Source: Ruditapes philippinarum
Lineage: Eukaryota
DNA length: 64,000 nucleotides
Assembly (NCBI RefSeq): GCF_026571515.1
Contig: NW_026857641.1
Coordinates: forward strand, 1 to 64,000
Direction: 5' to 3'
Shown: piece after piece, positions 11,997 through 26,598 of the stretch
Layout of the letters: every line of letters starts with the position of its first letter
How positions within the stretch are numbered: the first letter of the stretch is position 1
Position numbers and translations under genes: made by a program
Notes under the pieces: generated by a model
Databases searched by the model: none
Seen by the model: only the letters and a program-made list of their open reading frames with translations
Told to the model about the DNA's origin: nothing

Positions 11997-14900
11997 AGTA
12001 GTTTTAGGACATTATGTCGAATGTAAAGTTACATGAAACTTCAAAGGTCACACACTTCAAATTTCCGAATTCCTTGTGAGAAAAGGGACAAACTGTAATC
12101 TTCAACTCCAAAATAAGGCACCTAAATGTGTTAGAATTTTAGAGTCTGGTAGGAATGAGAAGGATGGCCTTGCAGGCTGACCTGATTCTATTCTGTTCAC
12201 ATATGTCCGTCTTTACCACAGTTTAAATTATGAAGTAAAAATTCTGCAGTTTTTTAGATGTTCCTTCAGTACAAAAATATATGTTATTCATGGACTTTCA
12301 TTTTATTCTAAATATATGAAGCAACAGATGCACCAAGAAATCAACTGATTTGGTCAAGGGTCAAGAGTGATATTTTAATATACAGGCTAATAATACAACC
12401 AATTTTAATAGCATTAAAATATGCCAATGATCGCCACTCTGTTAATAACGATGATTGGCACTCTTTGTATAACGAAAACCCTAATTATATATTATTAAAC
12501 TTCAGACCAAGAAAGATAGTACTGACACAAGTTTAAAAGGTTACATTACAATTGATCCATTTACATTTTAATAAACAACATAACCAACCATACAATTAAA
12601 AACCTAAATATAGTAACAATATAAATCTTGTATGTGTGATAAAAATTTCATAACAAAACTGTTGATCAGGTTGATCAAGAACGGATGCGGGAGAGACATG
12701 TTTAATGTAGGCGCATGAAAAACATCTGACGTATAAATTGACATTATCAACTGTGAATTCAATCAATGAGCTCCTATTTCAGCAAATAAAAAATATCAAT
12801 GATTCAATACAAAAAGCCATAGACTCTGTTCACTATAGCAGAGTATCTGGTTATAGTGATGTGTGTATTCGCGTGTTTGTTTGATCATTTCGCAAGGAGA
12901 AAACTTGACCCGTTAATGACGGATACGATCATCTTCTACATCAATTTTATCCAACTTACATCATGATTTTAACCTTTTACGTTCATCTTACATTATCTCA
13001 TCAATCATAATTGTAAACAAAACATAAACATGGATATCCATAAAAACAATCAATAGATTTACTCCACAGTTAAGAATATTTTGGATTTTCCTTGATAATT
13101 TGAGGGTACAAACAAACTTTTACAGTAACAGACAACAGATAAACTAGATTATTGTGAACAGTAGTGCACAATGAAACTGCATTGGAGTCAAAGTTGGACA
13201 AACCTACAATTTCCTAGTATTTTTTTGGAGATCACAACTATTGCTCATAATTTACTTTTGAGCAAAGTTTTTATTCAAAGATGCTTGAGCCAGTCTTTAA
13301 TTAAACCAGTATTACAGTATATTTACAGAAGAGAATAATCAAACATAATTGTCAACAGACCTTTAATCAGGATGACATCAGAATAGCAAATGTCTAAGGG
13401 AGCAAAATCTACCTTTATTTATCAGACCTACACTAAGCTGAAATTAAATGTTGTAAAGCCATATCATGCAAGCTACTGCTCAAAGTTTTCAGTACAATTA
13501 ACTTGAAATACTGCTTTTTATGCAATATGATTTTTTCCCTCCAATTCCTTATTTTTCTATTTTCTTTTTTTCTGTAAAAGTGAGGTATAGTAAAAGAAGT
13601 AGTACACAAGGCTGAAGCACTGCCGTTCCCTTAGTATAATAGTGACTGGTCCAACAATGATTCAATGATTTGGTCCTTGAAATGTTTCAGGGTTGATGAT
13701 CAGTGCTGTGTACTATTTCTTATTTTAAATAGCACCCCCTTGTTATTATCTATAGCCTGACTGTAAGCTTATAGCTTTCTACACAAATAACTTAAAACTA
13801 AATTCAGTATAAACTAATTATTTATTATATTTCATCAGCAGAAAACATAGAAAATGACATTTAATGCACCAAAAAGCACCTGTTCACAAGAGCCTGTCAT
13901 CCGAATTTTACTTCACTAGAGACTGCAAGATATTCATATTGATTCAGTAAATACAATATATTATTCACTGATGCAGACAAGAGGATATCATAGAAGATGT
14001 TTTTTTCTAATCTTATCAAGACGTTGCCTTAGACAGAACGCTCAAAACCAGACAATATTTTCTTGCCTCAATAGCCAGCGGGACTTCTGACTACAGAAAA
14101 TAGAATAATCATGAAAACAATGACCACAGGCAAGAAAATAAGAGTTTTAACTTGTTTCATTTTGTCTCAACAAATCTTCTTGTCAGCCATTGTGAAAATT
14201 TTTTAAAACAAATTCTTAAATAGATAACAGATTTCCATTTATATTTGTGTATAGGAAAGGGTAGGTGGGAGAAAAAATTGAGAAAATCAATATTTAGTAT
14301 TTCAATTTGACATGACCAGACATTGTAGCTTAAAAAACAGCCAAATGTGACATTATCTGGTGCTGTAAGGTGACACTGTAACCTGACAGCATATTACTGT
14401 ATGAAAACACTCATGTAACCCAAACACATATTACAATACATTTGTAGTTACAGTAAATATCATTGATTTTTAATATCATACAACAAAATTCATATTTAAA
14501 TAACAGATCACATAAAGCTTAATGATTCTTGGAAAAAGATCTGATGAAAAAAAAGATTCTGATGAAAAAGTGAATATTTTAAAACATTTTATGCACACCT
14601 TATACATTCTTCATAACAGTGTACTTTAACTACAGTGGTTCTTTTTCTTATCCTTTAGACACTAGTCTGAACAGGTCCTAATTAAAATTGCTAACAATAT
14701 CCACTCCTTTTTCCAAAATGGTGTAAAAATCTAAAATTTAACTGTGTACATGCTTGTTTATTTTTCCTTATTTACCCAATTTCATGAGTTTGGCCCATAC
14801 CCATTATCAAATCTCCGAGGTTGGTGAAATGCTAGTACAGAACTCTAATGTTGTTTTAAAATATTAATGATTCCTTCATTTTAGGAGATTTTCTAATTAT

Positions 14901-17900
14901 CTCCTTTGAGTTTAATAATTCAAAACAAAATTAACTGAAATAATCTGCTGATAGTGCAACATTTGTTCTAACTAAACTTTGATTAATTTTTAATTTGGCA
15001 AAACTTTCAATGTATCTTCATCCCAGTTAAAATTGAAATAGGCTGGAAAACAAGGCTGCAAAAATTCATTGTTAGCAATTAAAAGCAATTTGGCATTTCA
15101 TGAAGGAGAACAGCCAAGTAGATAATTAAGAGTAACAGTAAGCAAGAGCCACAAAAATGACTGCAGCAAAAAAAGTCAAGTTAATAATTAAACAAAACAA
15201 AACCAAAAAAACCCACCTCACATTCAGAGACAATTATACTGTTTATTTCATAGTTATAGAGAGTTCTTGGATCAATAATGTTACAATTCATTCTATATTT
15301 GAACAGTTCATGTTAAATCACTTTTCTATGGGCTTATACAGTTTCTCCCCCTTTTCTGGACTTAACAAATAATCTGTTACCGATCTTTCATTAGTATAGA
15401 GCTAGGTTGGCCTGCATATTCTGTGCAATCTATATTGTTGGCAACTCAATTTTCAAATTTCAGTATTGAAATACCTTAGCTTTGAAAAGACAGTTTCAAA
15501 TTATTGAAATCAGGACTAATACATTACACAAAATTACTGGGTTAAGAGTTGACAAATGTTGTCCAAAAAGTATGAAAATCTCCACAACATTTTAAATAAG
15601 ACATACACCAATAAACTGACTTACAATCATATCATACTATTGCAAACCTTTTCATTTTTTATATATACAAAAAGTTAGAAAATGCAGAAATAGTTTTTGT
15701 TGTGAAACTAACTGCCTATCATTATTACAGCCAATCACTATATAAATTTAGAGAGTTAATAAAGTATTATCATCATATATAAGCTTGTTACAGAAAAAGA
15801 TCAATCATTGTGCACTATATAGGGACAGTAATGGGAGGTGTAGGTGTTAAAACTTCATTAACATTTTACATCAGGGGAAACTGATATAGACTAGTTAATT
15901 ACATACCAACTTTCATTGATTTCTGATACAATATAAGCATGATCATTCATAGAACAGCATCCGTTATTATGTTTCACAATAATGAATAACCATTTGGGGG
16001 AAACCTTTCTTGTGACAAGCTATAATTGAAAGACAGCATAGCTTTGATCATGCATTTATAGTCTTACATCTCATACCATTCATTCAGCTTCAATTAATTT
16101 ACAGAATCAGAATTGTTTTTCTATCAACTTAATGCGCATTCCTTTGACCAGAATGATCTAAATCCTAAATTGTGGCAAAATTCTGAACAAGAATGGAAAA
16201 ATGCCAAACAAATGCTTTATCTTTCCTTTTTCCGCAAGTACAGGTACCCAGACTGACAACAGTATGTCTGAGCACACATTTTTTGTTTGTAGCACTGGAC
16301 TACTCCATGGTTTGTTACAGTCTTCATGTAAGAGCAACATTGTCTGTGCTCAATGCATGCTGCACATAAAATCTCCCCATAGATTCAACAGTTGATACAA
16401 TGCTTAGTTTGACAATAACATGTTACAATGTGTAACCTAGTTTTCTTAATAGGTCTATTACCAGCAGAAATATCCAATCATAACTAAATATTTACTAGGA
16501 AACCATTTGATTAACAACCTCTAAACAACACAATAACAGTTTACTTAAAGGGCCAACAATTCTTCTCAGAATCACACAAGACCTCTTATAGTATAAATTA
16601 TACAGACTATTACCTTCATCTTTCATTGTCTTAAAAAATAAAAGCATCATAATCATGATTTGTAATCTGTCATTATCTTTTTTTAATCATGGAATCTGCT
16701 TTTCTCTCTCATGCTAAAGAAGGCATTTCCAATTGAAAAAATTTGTTGTCTGCTGAACTTTTTCTGTTGAAATTCCCAGTATGATGATTTTTTTTTTACA
16801 CATATTTTATTTTTCAGAAATATTAGAAATTAAGTTGACATACAAAAATTTAAGAGTATTAGGTCTTGTCATGTGAAGTATTGACTATTCAAAGAATATA
16901 ACATTAGGCACGATTCTTCCAATATTCTAAAAATCCCATTGAAGCAATTTGCAACACATTTTTCCCAACTTGAGGTGTTGGTGGTGGTGGTGGGCCTAAA
17001 ACAACGAGGAGAAAACAGCCAAGAGTATTAACATACAAATGTAATAAATGAATACAGTCTGACTTTTTGACCCTACCTCCTTTCCCTCATTCAAGTGACA
17101 TTTTTATCTGAAATTTATCTAAATTGATGCTAAAGGCCTATCCCTGTCTGCTTCCGTAACTTCCATTACATACAAACACACAATCTTGAGTAAAATTTAA
17201 ATCTAACAATCAACTTGTTTATATTCTAATAAAGTTTAATAAACCATATTTATTCTTTTTGTTTCATGACAATTTCTGTTTTTTAACAGTGCATTTAATA
17301 AATAGCAAACTTGATTGCAAACTTGATTGTCTTTTAGTAACGACAACTTAAAAGCCAAACATTACTTTTAAGCACATATATCTTTGTTTTAAATTTGTCT
17401 CATCATGATAAATGGCCTTTTCTAACCACTGCTTTTAAGTCAGTTACATTTTAGAAGACAAGAATAGAAAGCTTAGTTACATGTAAACACTAATTCTTTT
17501 CCTAAAACATCTGATGAAAAGTACTTTGAAAAACCGGAGAAGCAGGTAGATCACATTAGAATAAACCAAGTTTAAAAACGCCATGGCTTGATGTTTATAT
17601 AGCTTGGATTTTTCCATAAAACTAGCTAAAAAAGACGGGGTTGAACAGAACTCTGTGAGCACAAGCAGGATTTGGGCAAGTTGGCAATTCAACCCTTCTC
17701 AAGTTGGATAACAATATCCCGGTTAATGTCGTGCCAGTAATTCAAAATATCTAGCATTCAAAAGAATAGTTTTCCGATGGATAAATCTGCATGACAGAGT
17801 GATAAACTTTGCTACCATTGATAAAACATCAGTGACCCCTAGCGACAGGATGTCAAGCAAAAGCTTAATATAAACTTAATGGTGTATAAACACCTGAGTT

Positions 17901-17934
17901 TTATGATGGACTGTTAAAATCAGATAATTAATAA

Positions 17935-18450
17935 AATTCATATGGACTGTAATAATCCAGATGCATGTCATAATTATAATGACATAAAACCATGGAATGT
18001 ATAATAAATTCTGCTAAAAGAGATGGAAGTATATAAAACTTCATGGAGTATAAAACCAGTCTGTACTTCCTTATGAGACTGTATAAAACCAGATGGAATG
18101 TTAACAACTTCATATGGACTGTATAAAACCAGATGGACTGTATAAAACCAGATGGACTGTATAAAACCAGATGGAATGTATAAAACCAGATGGACTGTAT
18201 AAAACCAGATGGAATGTATAAAACTTCATATGGACTGTATAAAACCAGATGGAATGTATAAAACTTCATAATGGACTGTATAAAACCAGATGGAATGTAT
18301 AAAACTTCATATGGACTGTATAAAACCAGATGGAATGTATAAAACTTCATAATGGACTGTATAAAACCAGGGATGGAATGTATAAAACTTCATAGATGGA
18401 CTGTGTGATAAATCAATGGAATCATAAAATTATAAGATCTGTATAAAAAG
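17935..18450. repeat. Minisatellite, ~40-bp dimeric unit ATGGACTGTATAAAACCAG+ATGGAATGTATAAAACTTCAT
   Basis: Visible tandem array of 19-21 bp subunits with a homogeneous core (18085-18395) and decayed edges. Confidence 0.95.
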
Positions 18451-20370
18451 ATGTAGGAATAGGTTTGATGATGGTCAGAATGAAGACGAAAATACCAGAG
18501 AATTTTCCATCCTGATATGGACTGTACTGACATATCAAATGATTTTATGTAAAGAATTTGTCAATAATTTGTCATGAAACAACACCTGCATAGTACTTAA
18601 TTTATTCTCTTACAGAATTTACAGAAGTTATGGCACTGCTACCACAGTGTAATACATGTAATACTGATCTTATCTTAGTTCTCAACATGTTATGAACTGC
18701 AATAATATTTTACTTAAAAACTCCAAAAAAAGCTATCTTTTTCCAGTCATAATTTGTACCACAGAAGTTGTTATTTATTTTGCAGTAAACATAAATAATG
18801 TATAGATAGCATGTGTTATCATTGGGATATATTTTGTGAAGAAGAAATTAAAGAAGGAGCTTTTGACATGCAATGTATTGTCCCTCCTGATTTTTGAATG
18901 TTACATTAAGCATTATGGATGAAAGCTGACCATTGTACATGGCTGCAAATCAATAGACTCCAATCTGCATCTAGTTTTTCTTTACTTTTAGCCAGGGAAT
19001 CAGTCTCCAGGGACAGGTCAAGGTGGATAATGAGAATTTACTGTGCCTGGAAACATCGTGATTCTCATAAATAACAAAATAGCTGACTGTCTGTCAAAAC
19101 ATTTTACACCATTACTGCTAGTTGCAAGACAAACAGGGTGTTTTTTTGGGGTCTTTGATCAAACTTTATGTATGGTAAAAACAGATAAAACAGCCAAATA
19201 AGGTAGCTTTGATGGTTGTCTGACATGGTGACATTGAATAAGATCAGAGGGCAGTTTGATTCAACTTCTGAGATTTTCATCATGATATGGCAGAGATTAA
19301 AGCAAGCTACTGGCCACATCCTCTAGCATCGGTCTCCATTATGTAAATAAAGGAATTGTGCACCATTTTTAAACTATTTTGAAATATGAAAGAAAAGATC
19401 AAAGGGGCACAATGTTCACTGAGCACAGATCCCAAACAATACCTAACCAACATTAGTTAAATCACCCAATGGGGTAATGAAAGACAACAGTAGTGGGCAT
19501 ATAAAGGTGGTGCAAGGTTGGGCCATTATACCAATCAGAATCTGCACATGTTTTAAAAGGATCTAAGAGCTTTTTTCAGGTAGGGGAGGGGTGGCTCTTC
19601 TTTTAGATATGAGGGGGGGGGGGGGGGGGGGTAAGACAGAATTTTGAAAATGGAAGAGAAAAAACACAAATTGAATTATTGAATTTTCAGGGAAGACGGC
19701 AAGATTATTTCTGAAGTGTAGCAGTCCTTAAATGGACCCTATAGAAGGGAAAAAAGCCCTGGATCTGTATGTATAAACTTGTCAAGGGTTATTTATCTAA
19801 ATAACTAACTTAAATCTAAATGGACAAAAAATACAGTTCATAACAGAGCTGTCATGTACATCCAATATAATCAATGAAAAACATGTTTGTAAATGGAAGC
19901 CATTAGCTCTCTAAGCCTAAAAAACATATGAAACCACAGAATAGTGTTACTTGACTAATTCCCTTGTCAATGGCTTATAATCACTGCTAGTGTTTTATCC
20001 ACACCTTTCAGAACTTCATCCTTTCTAATATCAACTGAAAAGTAATGTTACCAAATATAGTATCCTAAACTGTGAAATGTGTAATCGATTTGTGAAAGAC
20101 AAAGCATAAGTTTTTCTTGAAATTTATCATCTTTTAGTGATATTTGTAATATTGTAAAAGAGGATCACAATTCCTGAAAGTCTATATATTTACAACTATT
20201 TGTAAGTTTGTATAATGGATAATAACAAAACAATTTTACTTTAGATATTTAAATGCGAAATGTTTTAATAGCTCTGATTTCATCAACAGTTGTAAATACT
20301 AGTAACTTGGAAGATAGTTCAAGGTATTTAAAGGTCAGACACTGCTAGATACTTGTTACATGCAACCTTG

Positions 20371-20640
20371 TTTTTGTTGTTTTCTCTTTGGCACATACAC
20401 TGTAAAGGGCATGTGGCTACTTTCCAGCTTTACTGTTGGTGGAAGACTTCAGGTGCCCCCTCCCCTCCCGTGCTTTATTTTAAGCATGAACGACAGCACC
20501 TGAGTAGAACTACCAACGTTCTGTAAACTAGCTGGATAGCTTCCTCACATGAAAGAATCCAAAGTCCCTGTTGGGATTCAACCCACAGCGGTGTAGGGCA
20601 AGTGGTTTGAAGTCAACCACCTTAACTATTCAGCCACAAA
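20371..20640 (-). mobile_element. tRNA-derived SINE (MetaSINE-like), older copy
   Basis: Colinear with 62521-62791, including the core GCTGGATAGCTTCCTCACATGAAAGAATCCAAAGTCCCTG. Confidence 0.85.
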
Positions 20641-21104
20641 CACTTCATCTTACATTTTTTTTAGGTAATTTTAGGTTGTACAGCAGACTTACATTCGTTT
20701 GTATCTTTGTAGGCAGATGACAACACCAAACCCATTGTTTTCAAATAAAGGACTATCTGAATATGAAATATAAAATCTTCAGTTCAGACTATTCAATGAC
20801 CTTTAATGTTCAGTGTTTTTCTGTATCACAACATTCAAAAAGAGACTTGGTATCAATATTCTATCACAAAATATTCTTCATATTTCATCATTATGGTTCC
20901 CCTAAGTCTCCTATTAGAATATATTTTCATCGTTTTAACAGAGACTGAAATTTAAGTACAGTTGATTATTGATAACACTTCAAATTCAACTTGACAGGTT
21001 TGGTAGTATAAATATATATAACATATTGTGTATACTGACTTCAAGAAAATTTGTCACCAAATGTCAGACAAACTTCCACAATAAACACAAAACTCCTCCC
21101 TGTT

Positions 21105-21190
21105 TTGGTTGGTGGGTGGGTGGTGGTGGGTGTTGGACCGGGTGGGTGGTTGGGTGGTGGGTTGTGGTGGTGGTGGTTGTTGTTGTTGTT
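21105..21190. repeat. (GGT/GTT)n simple repeat
   Basis: Visible microsatellite. Confidence 0.9.
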
Positions 21191-22606
21191 GATATATAAT
21201 TATATACACACACACCAATAAATATTATATGGTCATTTAATGCACAAATCTGAGAAAATTCAGTAATCTAACCTTCAAGGCCAAGGTCATTAAAGAGCCC
21301 AAGTCAATTTGGGTTTGATAAACATCAAGGTATTGTCCTTAAGAATGTTCTGTTATAATATGAAGTTAATCAATAATAGCAAAGTTACAGCCAGTTACAG
21401 CCATAACAATGAAAATTTCAATAATTTGACCTTCAAAGTCAAGACTCAAGGTCATTAATGAGTGAAGGTCAAGGTCTGTCTGGTTATTTTTAAGGGTTAT
21501 CCTTGAAAATTATTATGTTCAAGTTTGAAGACAATCCATTCAAAAATAACGAAGTTACAGCCAATAATAGCCAAAAAAAATGAAAATTTCAACAATTTGA
21601 CCTTCAAAGTCAAGGTCATTTATGAAGGTCAATGTCTGTCTGGTTATTTTTAAAGGATATCCTTGAAGTTTGAAGACAATCCATTCAAAAACAAGAAACA
21701 TGACAATGCCATGAAACCAGGTTTTCAATTATCACCATTAGGGTTGGACACCGGTTCCCGGTATCGGTCCTATACCGAATAGTAACTTCGTAAATTACCG
21801 GTATATACCGTTCCGTAAAATACCGGTACTGGATTTGATACTTTTGTAATTTTGTAAAGAAAATAATTTAATAGTCAATATGTCAAAAAAATAAGAAGAT
21901 TTTTAAATAAAAACAGCCTACAAACACGTAAAACAAACTATGAATTACTATTATCATGCGGCGAGTACGGCTTTCGCGGCAAAGTTGAAGTTTGTGACGC
22001 GGCGATATTTTTGTAAAAGTATTGTGCTGCTTATGTTCAAGATAATAATATTTTTGTACTCGGGAGGAAAATATAATAATTTAAACTGATTTTGGTAAAA
22101 GTTTGTAAGTTTTAAATGTCAAAGAAACAACGAGAAAACAAATCAAATACTTGAGTGATCATCGGCACATCGCACACAGTCCTTCCAAATACATCGCACA
22201 CAGCTTTTGCCGTAATGACAATGTTAATTCAACATATGACAATTGTTTATTCAAACAATGCTTTTAAAAAATAATTAAATCCTTTTTTCAGTTTAGTCTC
22301 TAAACACTCATAATGAATACATATTTAATGTTTCCAGGTTCTTTTCATCCATTACCACATGTACAAATCCACACGTGAATTACGATTTGAACATAAATGA
22401 GGCCGAAATATTCCAACAAAATATGCCTCCTTTTGTTTTTGGTGTAACACTGAACTATTATTAAACATGTATACATTTTCTTAACAAAAGAATGCTGACA
22501 GAACTTCAATTAAAAAGTGTGAATGTCGGCGGCTCGATGGTGATAAAGTAACAACATCAAAGGGAGGCATATTCTTTTGAATAGCCTATTATGCACCTGT
22601 CAAAGG

Positions 22607-23247
22607 GGGCAGCACGAAATACCCAAATATACCCAAATACACCCAAATATACCCAAATATTGCCCAAATATACCCAAATATTGCCTAAATATACCCAAAT
22701 ATTGTCCAATTATACTAAAAATAAATGTTTTATACTAAAAAAGTGCTGTTTTAATCATGAATACAATATACACTTTCACTAAGATATAATCAAACATACC
22801 CAAATATACATTTTCCTATCATTGTGTTTTGAACCAAGATACAGTATATGTACTCCATTAAAGCTTTTTTTAATAACATGGACTTCTTAAATTCCTCTAT
22901 TATGATATGAAATTTCAACAAAATTACACCTTAAAAATGTAAGTGTAGACAACAAATATCATATCTTGAATTAAAATTGCATTCATAAAGAAGCGATATT
23001 GTAGATAAGCAAATGTCACAACTTTATTTTCTTACAACATCTTAACTGCCCATTTCAACGGAATGAATGAAAATTATAGCAGGCTAAGTCATGTTATTTT
23101 ATAAATATTTATTTATTTCTCATTATAATCTATATTTTATACAAACAAAAATAAATATTGCTATATTTGGGTATATTTGGGCAATATTTGGGTATATTTG
23201 GGTGTATTTGGGTGTATTTGGGTATATTTGGGTATTTCGTGCCGCCG
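22607..23247. mobile_element. Foldback/MULE-type MITE with modular TIRs
   Basis: TIRs built of tandem 10-11 bp (TA)CCCAAATA units; 9-bp TSD TGTCAAAGG (22598-22606 and 23248-23256). Confidence 0.85.
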
Positions 23248-23303
23248 TGTCAAAGGTCAACTTGTGTGTATTACACATTTAGATCTGTGATACTTTAAAC
23301 AAC

Positions 23304-23449
23304 CACAGGAACTTGAAATTCTATTACTATTAACGATAATATGCAAAATATACCCCCTATATACTATAAGTTTTTTTTATAGTATATAGGGGGTATATTT
23401 GGATATTATAATTAATATTGGTTATTTGATAGAATTTCAAGTTCCTGTG
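23304..23449. mobile_element. 146-bp palindromic MITE (P-element-like)
   Basis: TIR CACAGGAACTTGAAATTCTAT; 7-bp TSD AAACAAC (23297-23303 and 23450-23456); inner palindrome. Confidence 0.85.
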
Positions 23450-26296
23450 AAACAACTGAAACATATTTCATATAGTGTTTTGTAGGATTTTTTTGCAAAT
23501 GTTGGCTAGTACTTTTGCGTATTTGAGCAGTATGGAATTATGCAATTTGGTAAGGACAATACCCTTTTTTCTGTAGCAAGATGTTCAACGGTGCATGCTA
23601 TTGAAAAATAAAAGATGTTTAAAATTGAAAGGTAAATTCAATATTAATAAATACCAAATCCTTATTATTTGTAAAGCATAGGTATTTGCTTTATGACTTC
23701 TACAAGGACTAATATTAGGTTAAAATGAAAATGGAAACAGTCTGTGCTGAATGTGCATATACATGCATTTCAAAATTTCTAAGTTTATTACTGGTGGAAA
23801 ATATGTTTGTGCTGTTGTAGTAGAACAGACTGGAAACATAAGTGACTTTGAAAAAACATCTTACGAAATTTCTTACATGTAATTCCAAATTGCAAAGTGA
23901 GCCAACCAATCCTGTGATTTCATTTATTACAGTAAACAATAATGTGATTTAAAAAAGAATATCAGCATCAGAATAAAATTTCTACACAGTAATAATAATA
24001 GCTGTAAAAAATAATAGATAACCAACTGTCTTAAATTCTTTCAGATTTAGAGATATCAAGATTAAAACAATAATTTGTAGACTTCTCAGCTGCAGACCGC
24101 TGTCCTGCATAAGATAGTTGTCTGTGTATAAATTATGTCATGTTCTTTTGATGAAAAAGTAAAAGTATTTTACAATTAACATGTGTAAATGTTGTAAAAA
24201 AGAGTAAACACAAAACAACAAAAGAAAAGTATACTTTACAGCATGAAATTTCAGAAAGACCAGTAATGTAACATATTTATTTTCTAGCACTACATGTTAT
24301 ATCTCTTCAGTTCTTATACTTGCAGCAAAGGGTTTGGTATTGTAAAAGTATCAGTATCAGTATCGATAAAATACCCGTATCGTTTCGTCAGTACCGGTAT
24401 CGGTATCGGACCGTTTCGTGAAGAACGATATCCAACCCTAATCACCATTGTAGATAAATATGTTTTATTTGAAATACAAATACAAGCAACAAACAATGTA
24501 ACTATGTGCAATGTAAAACATGAATAATGTAGGAGGAATTGCCACAGAGGAAGTGTTCACTATAATTATATTCTGTATAAGGAAAAAAACAAAGGACCAT
24601 AATTAAATAAAAAATTATTCAATCACAAAACCCCGACAATATGCGCCAGGTCACTTGATGACAAAGCTTCTGTGAAAGTTTGGTCAAAATCCGTTGAAAA
24701 ATGTAGGAGGAGTTGCGCACAGAAGAAATTGTTTACGCCCGCCCGCCCGTCCGCCCGCCCGCCGACATACCTCAATCTAATAACCAGTTTTTTCCTTCGG
24801 AAAACCTGGTTAATGGGAAAAAACAAAGGGCCATAATTAGGTCAAATATTATCCAATCACAAAACCCCGACAATATGCGCCAGAGCACTTGAGTACAAAG
24901 CCTCTGTGAAAGTTTGGTCAAAATCCATTGAGAAATATAGGAACAGTTGGGCACAGAAGAAATTATTCACTATATATTCTATATAAGGAAAAAAACAAAG
25001 GGCCATAATTAGGTCAGATATTATCCAATCACAAAACCCCAACAATATGCGCCAGGTCACTTGATGACAAAGCTTCTGTGAAAGTTTGGTCAAAATCCGT
25101 TGAAAAATGTAGGAGGAGTTGCGCACAGAAGAAATTGTTTACGCCCGCCCGTCCGCCCGCCCGCCGACATACCTCAATCTAATAACCAGTTTTTTCCTTC
25201 GGAAAACCTGGTTAATGGGAAAAAAACAAAGGGCCATAATTAGGTCAAATATTATCCAATCACAAAACCCCGACAATATGCGCCAGAGCACTTGAGTACA
25301 AAGCCTCTGTGAAAGTTTGGTCAAAATCCATTGAGAAATATAGGAACAGTTGGGCACAGAAGAAATTATTCACTATATATTCTATATAAGGAAAAAAACA
25401 AAGGGCCATAATTAGGTCAAATATTATCCAATCACAAAACCCCAACAATATGCGCCAGGTCACTTGATGACAAAGCTTCTGTGAAAGTTTGGTCAAAATC
25501 CGTTGAAAAATGTAGAGTTGCGCACAGAAGAAACTGTTTACGCCCGCCCGCCCGTCCCCCGACATACCTCAATCTAATAACCAGTTTTTTCCTTCGGAAA
25601 ACCTGGTTAATAACAAAGTTACAGCCAATAATAGCAAGAACAAGCAAAATTTGGACTTTTGACCTTGAAGGTCAAGGTCATTTATGGATGAAGGTCAAGG
25701 TTAGTGTGGTCTACTGAAAAGTCTTGTCCCAAGGGTTGCTGTGGCCAAGTATGAAGACAATACACCAAGAACTAAGAAAGTTATGATCCAGGTACAAGTT
25801 TGCGGACGGCAACGGCAACGTCGCCCCGACTATAACATAATACCTCTACTTTTTTTTCAAAAAAAAAGTCAAGCTAAAAAGGGTGCAGTGAAGTCAATGC
25901 ACTTTTTGAAAAAGGTGCAGTAAAGTCAGTGTACTTTCAACAAATGTAGGGCACAGTTCATTTTAATAAATATGTTTATAATATACCAATTAAAAAAACT
26001 CTTTTGAGTACCATATATTTATAGCTAAAGATAAGACTGATGTTACTTTAAACTATGAATATTACTAAAGTTATAAATGACTTTGCCACCAGTATAAAGT
26101 ATTTAGCCTGTCTGACAGTGTTTACAATTTAACAGTTTAGCTGTTCTTTATAAAGATTGTTGATTACTGCTAAATTTAACTTGCTGTCAGATATTCAAAT
26201 CCCATTCAAATTATAAGCAGATTGTTCCAGTTTAGATGCAAGGTAAAACACTGCATAAATTTAGCTGTGTGTTAAAGAAAACTAAAGGCACATAAC

Positions 26297-26598
26297 TATG
26301 GTGGCTGATTTGGTACGCTTTTGTACGTCTAGTTGGCGCTAGCGACAACACGACAATTTACAATTTGCGTTTGTCGCACTCGTCTTGTCACTAGCGACAA
26401 CATGCCAAATGGCACTTTGTCGTGTGGCACGTTGTCGCGATGTTGCGATGTTGCCCTGTTGCTTGGCTTATAAGCCAAACCTTCAATTTGAACCGATCGA
26501 CAATGTGACATCAGGACAACACCCCGCACAACGCTAAATTGTTGTGTTGTTGCTAGAGCCAACTAGATGCACAAAAGAGTACCAAATCAGCCACCATA
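26297..26598. mobile_element. IS3EU-like MITE
   Basis: ~65-bp TIR TATGGTGGCTGATTTGGTAC...; 6-bp TSD CATAAC (26291-26296 and 26599-26604). TAYGG termini with a 6-bp TSD match IS3EU. Confidence 0.8.

Larger units (their letters stand above)
21739..24440. mobile_element. Non-autonomous hAT transposon
   Basis: TIR TAGGGTTGGA(C/T)A(C/T)CG; perfect 8-bp TSD ATCACCAT (21731-21738 and 24441-24448); subterminal TACCG/GTATCG repeats. Confidence 0.9.
21690..25610 (-). mobile_element. HINE element 2 inserted into HINE 1, with a tandemly amplified terminus
   Basis: Interrupts the host unit CCATTCAAAAA|TAAC.AAGTTACAGCC. Subterminal IRs AACCAGGTTTTC (~21715) / GAAAACCTGGTT, (GCCC/GTCC)n, terminal hairpin AACCAGTTTTTTCCTTCGGAAAACCTGGTT, and ~165-bp core repeats at 24570-25535. 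Confidence 0.75.
21230..25880 (-). mobile_element. Helentron-associated (HINE/DINE-like) element 1, outermost host of the nested stack
   Basis: Tandem core units with GACCTT(G/C)AA(G/A)GTCAAGGTCA at 21270-21690 resume at 25611. Terminal (GGCAAC) microsatellite and hairpin-like terminus ..CTACTTTTTTTTCAAAAAAAAAGTCAAGCTAAAAA at 25845-25880. Confidence 0.7.

Noticed and set aside
17928-18350. 140-aa repetitive ORF
   Set aside because: Translation of a minisatellite.
24570-25610. Possible CRISPR-like array and cluster of repeated ORFs
   Set aside because: No unique spacers and no cas genes, in a eukaryotic context. It is a tandemly duplicated HINE core.
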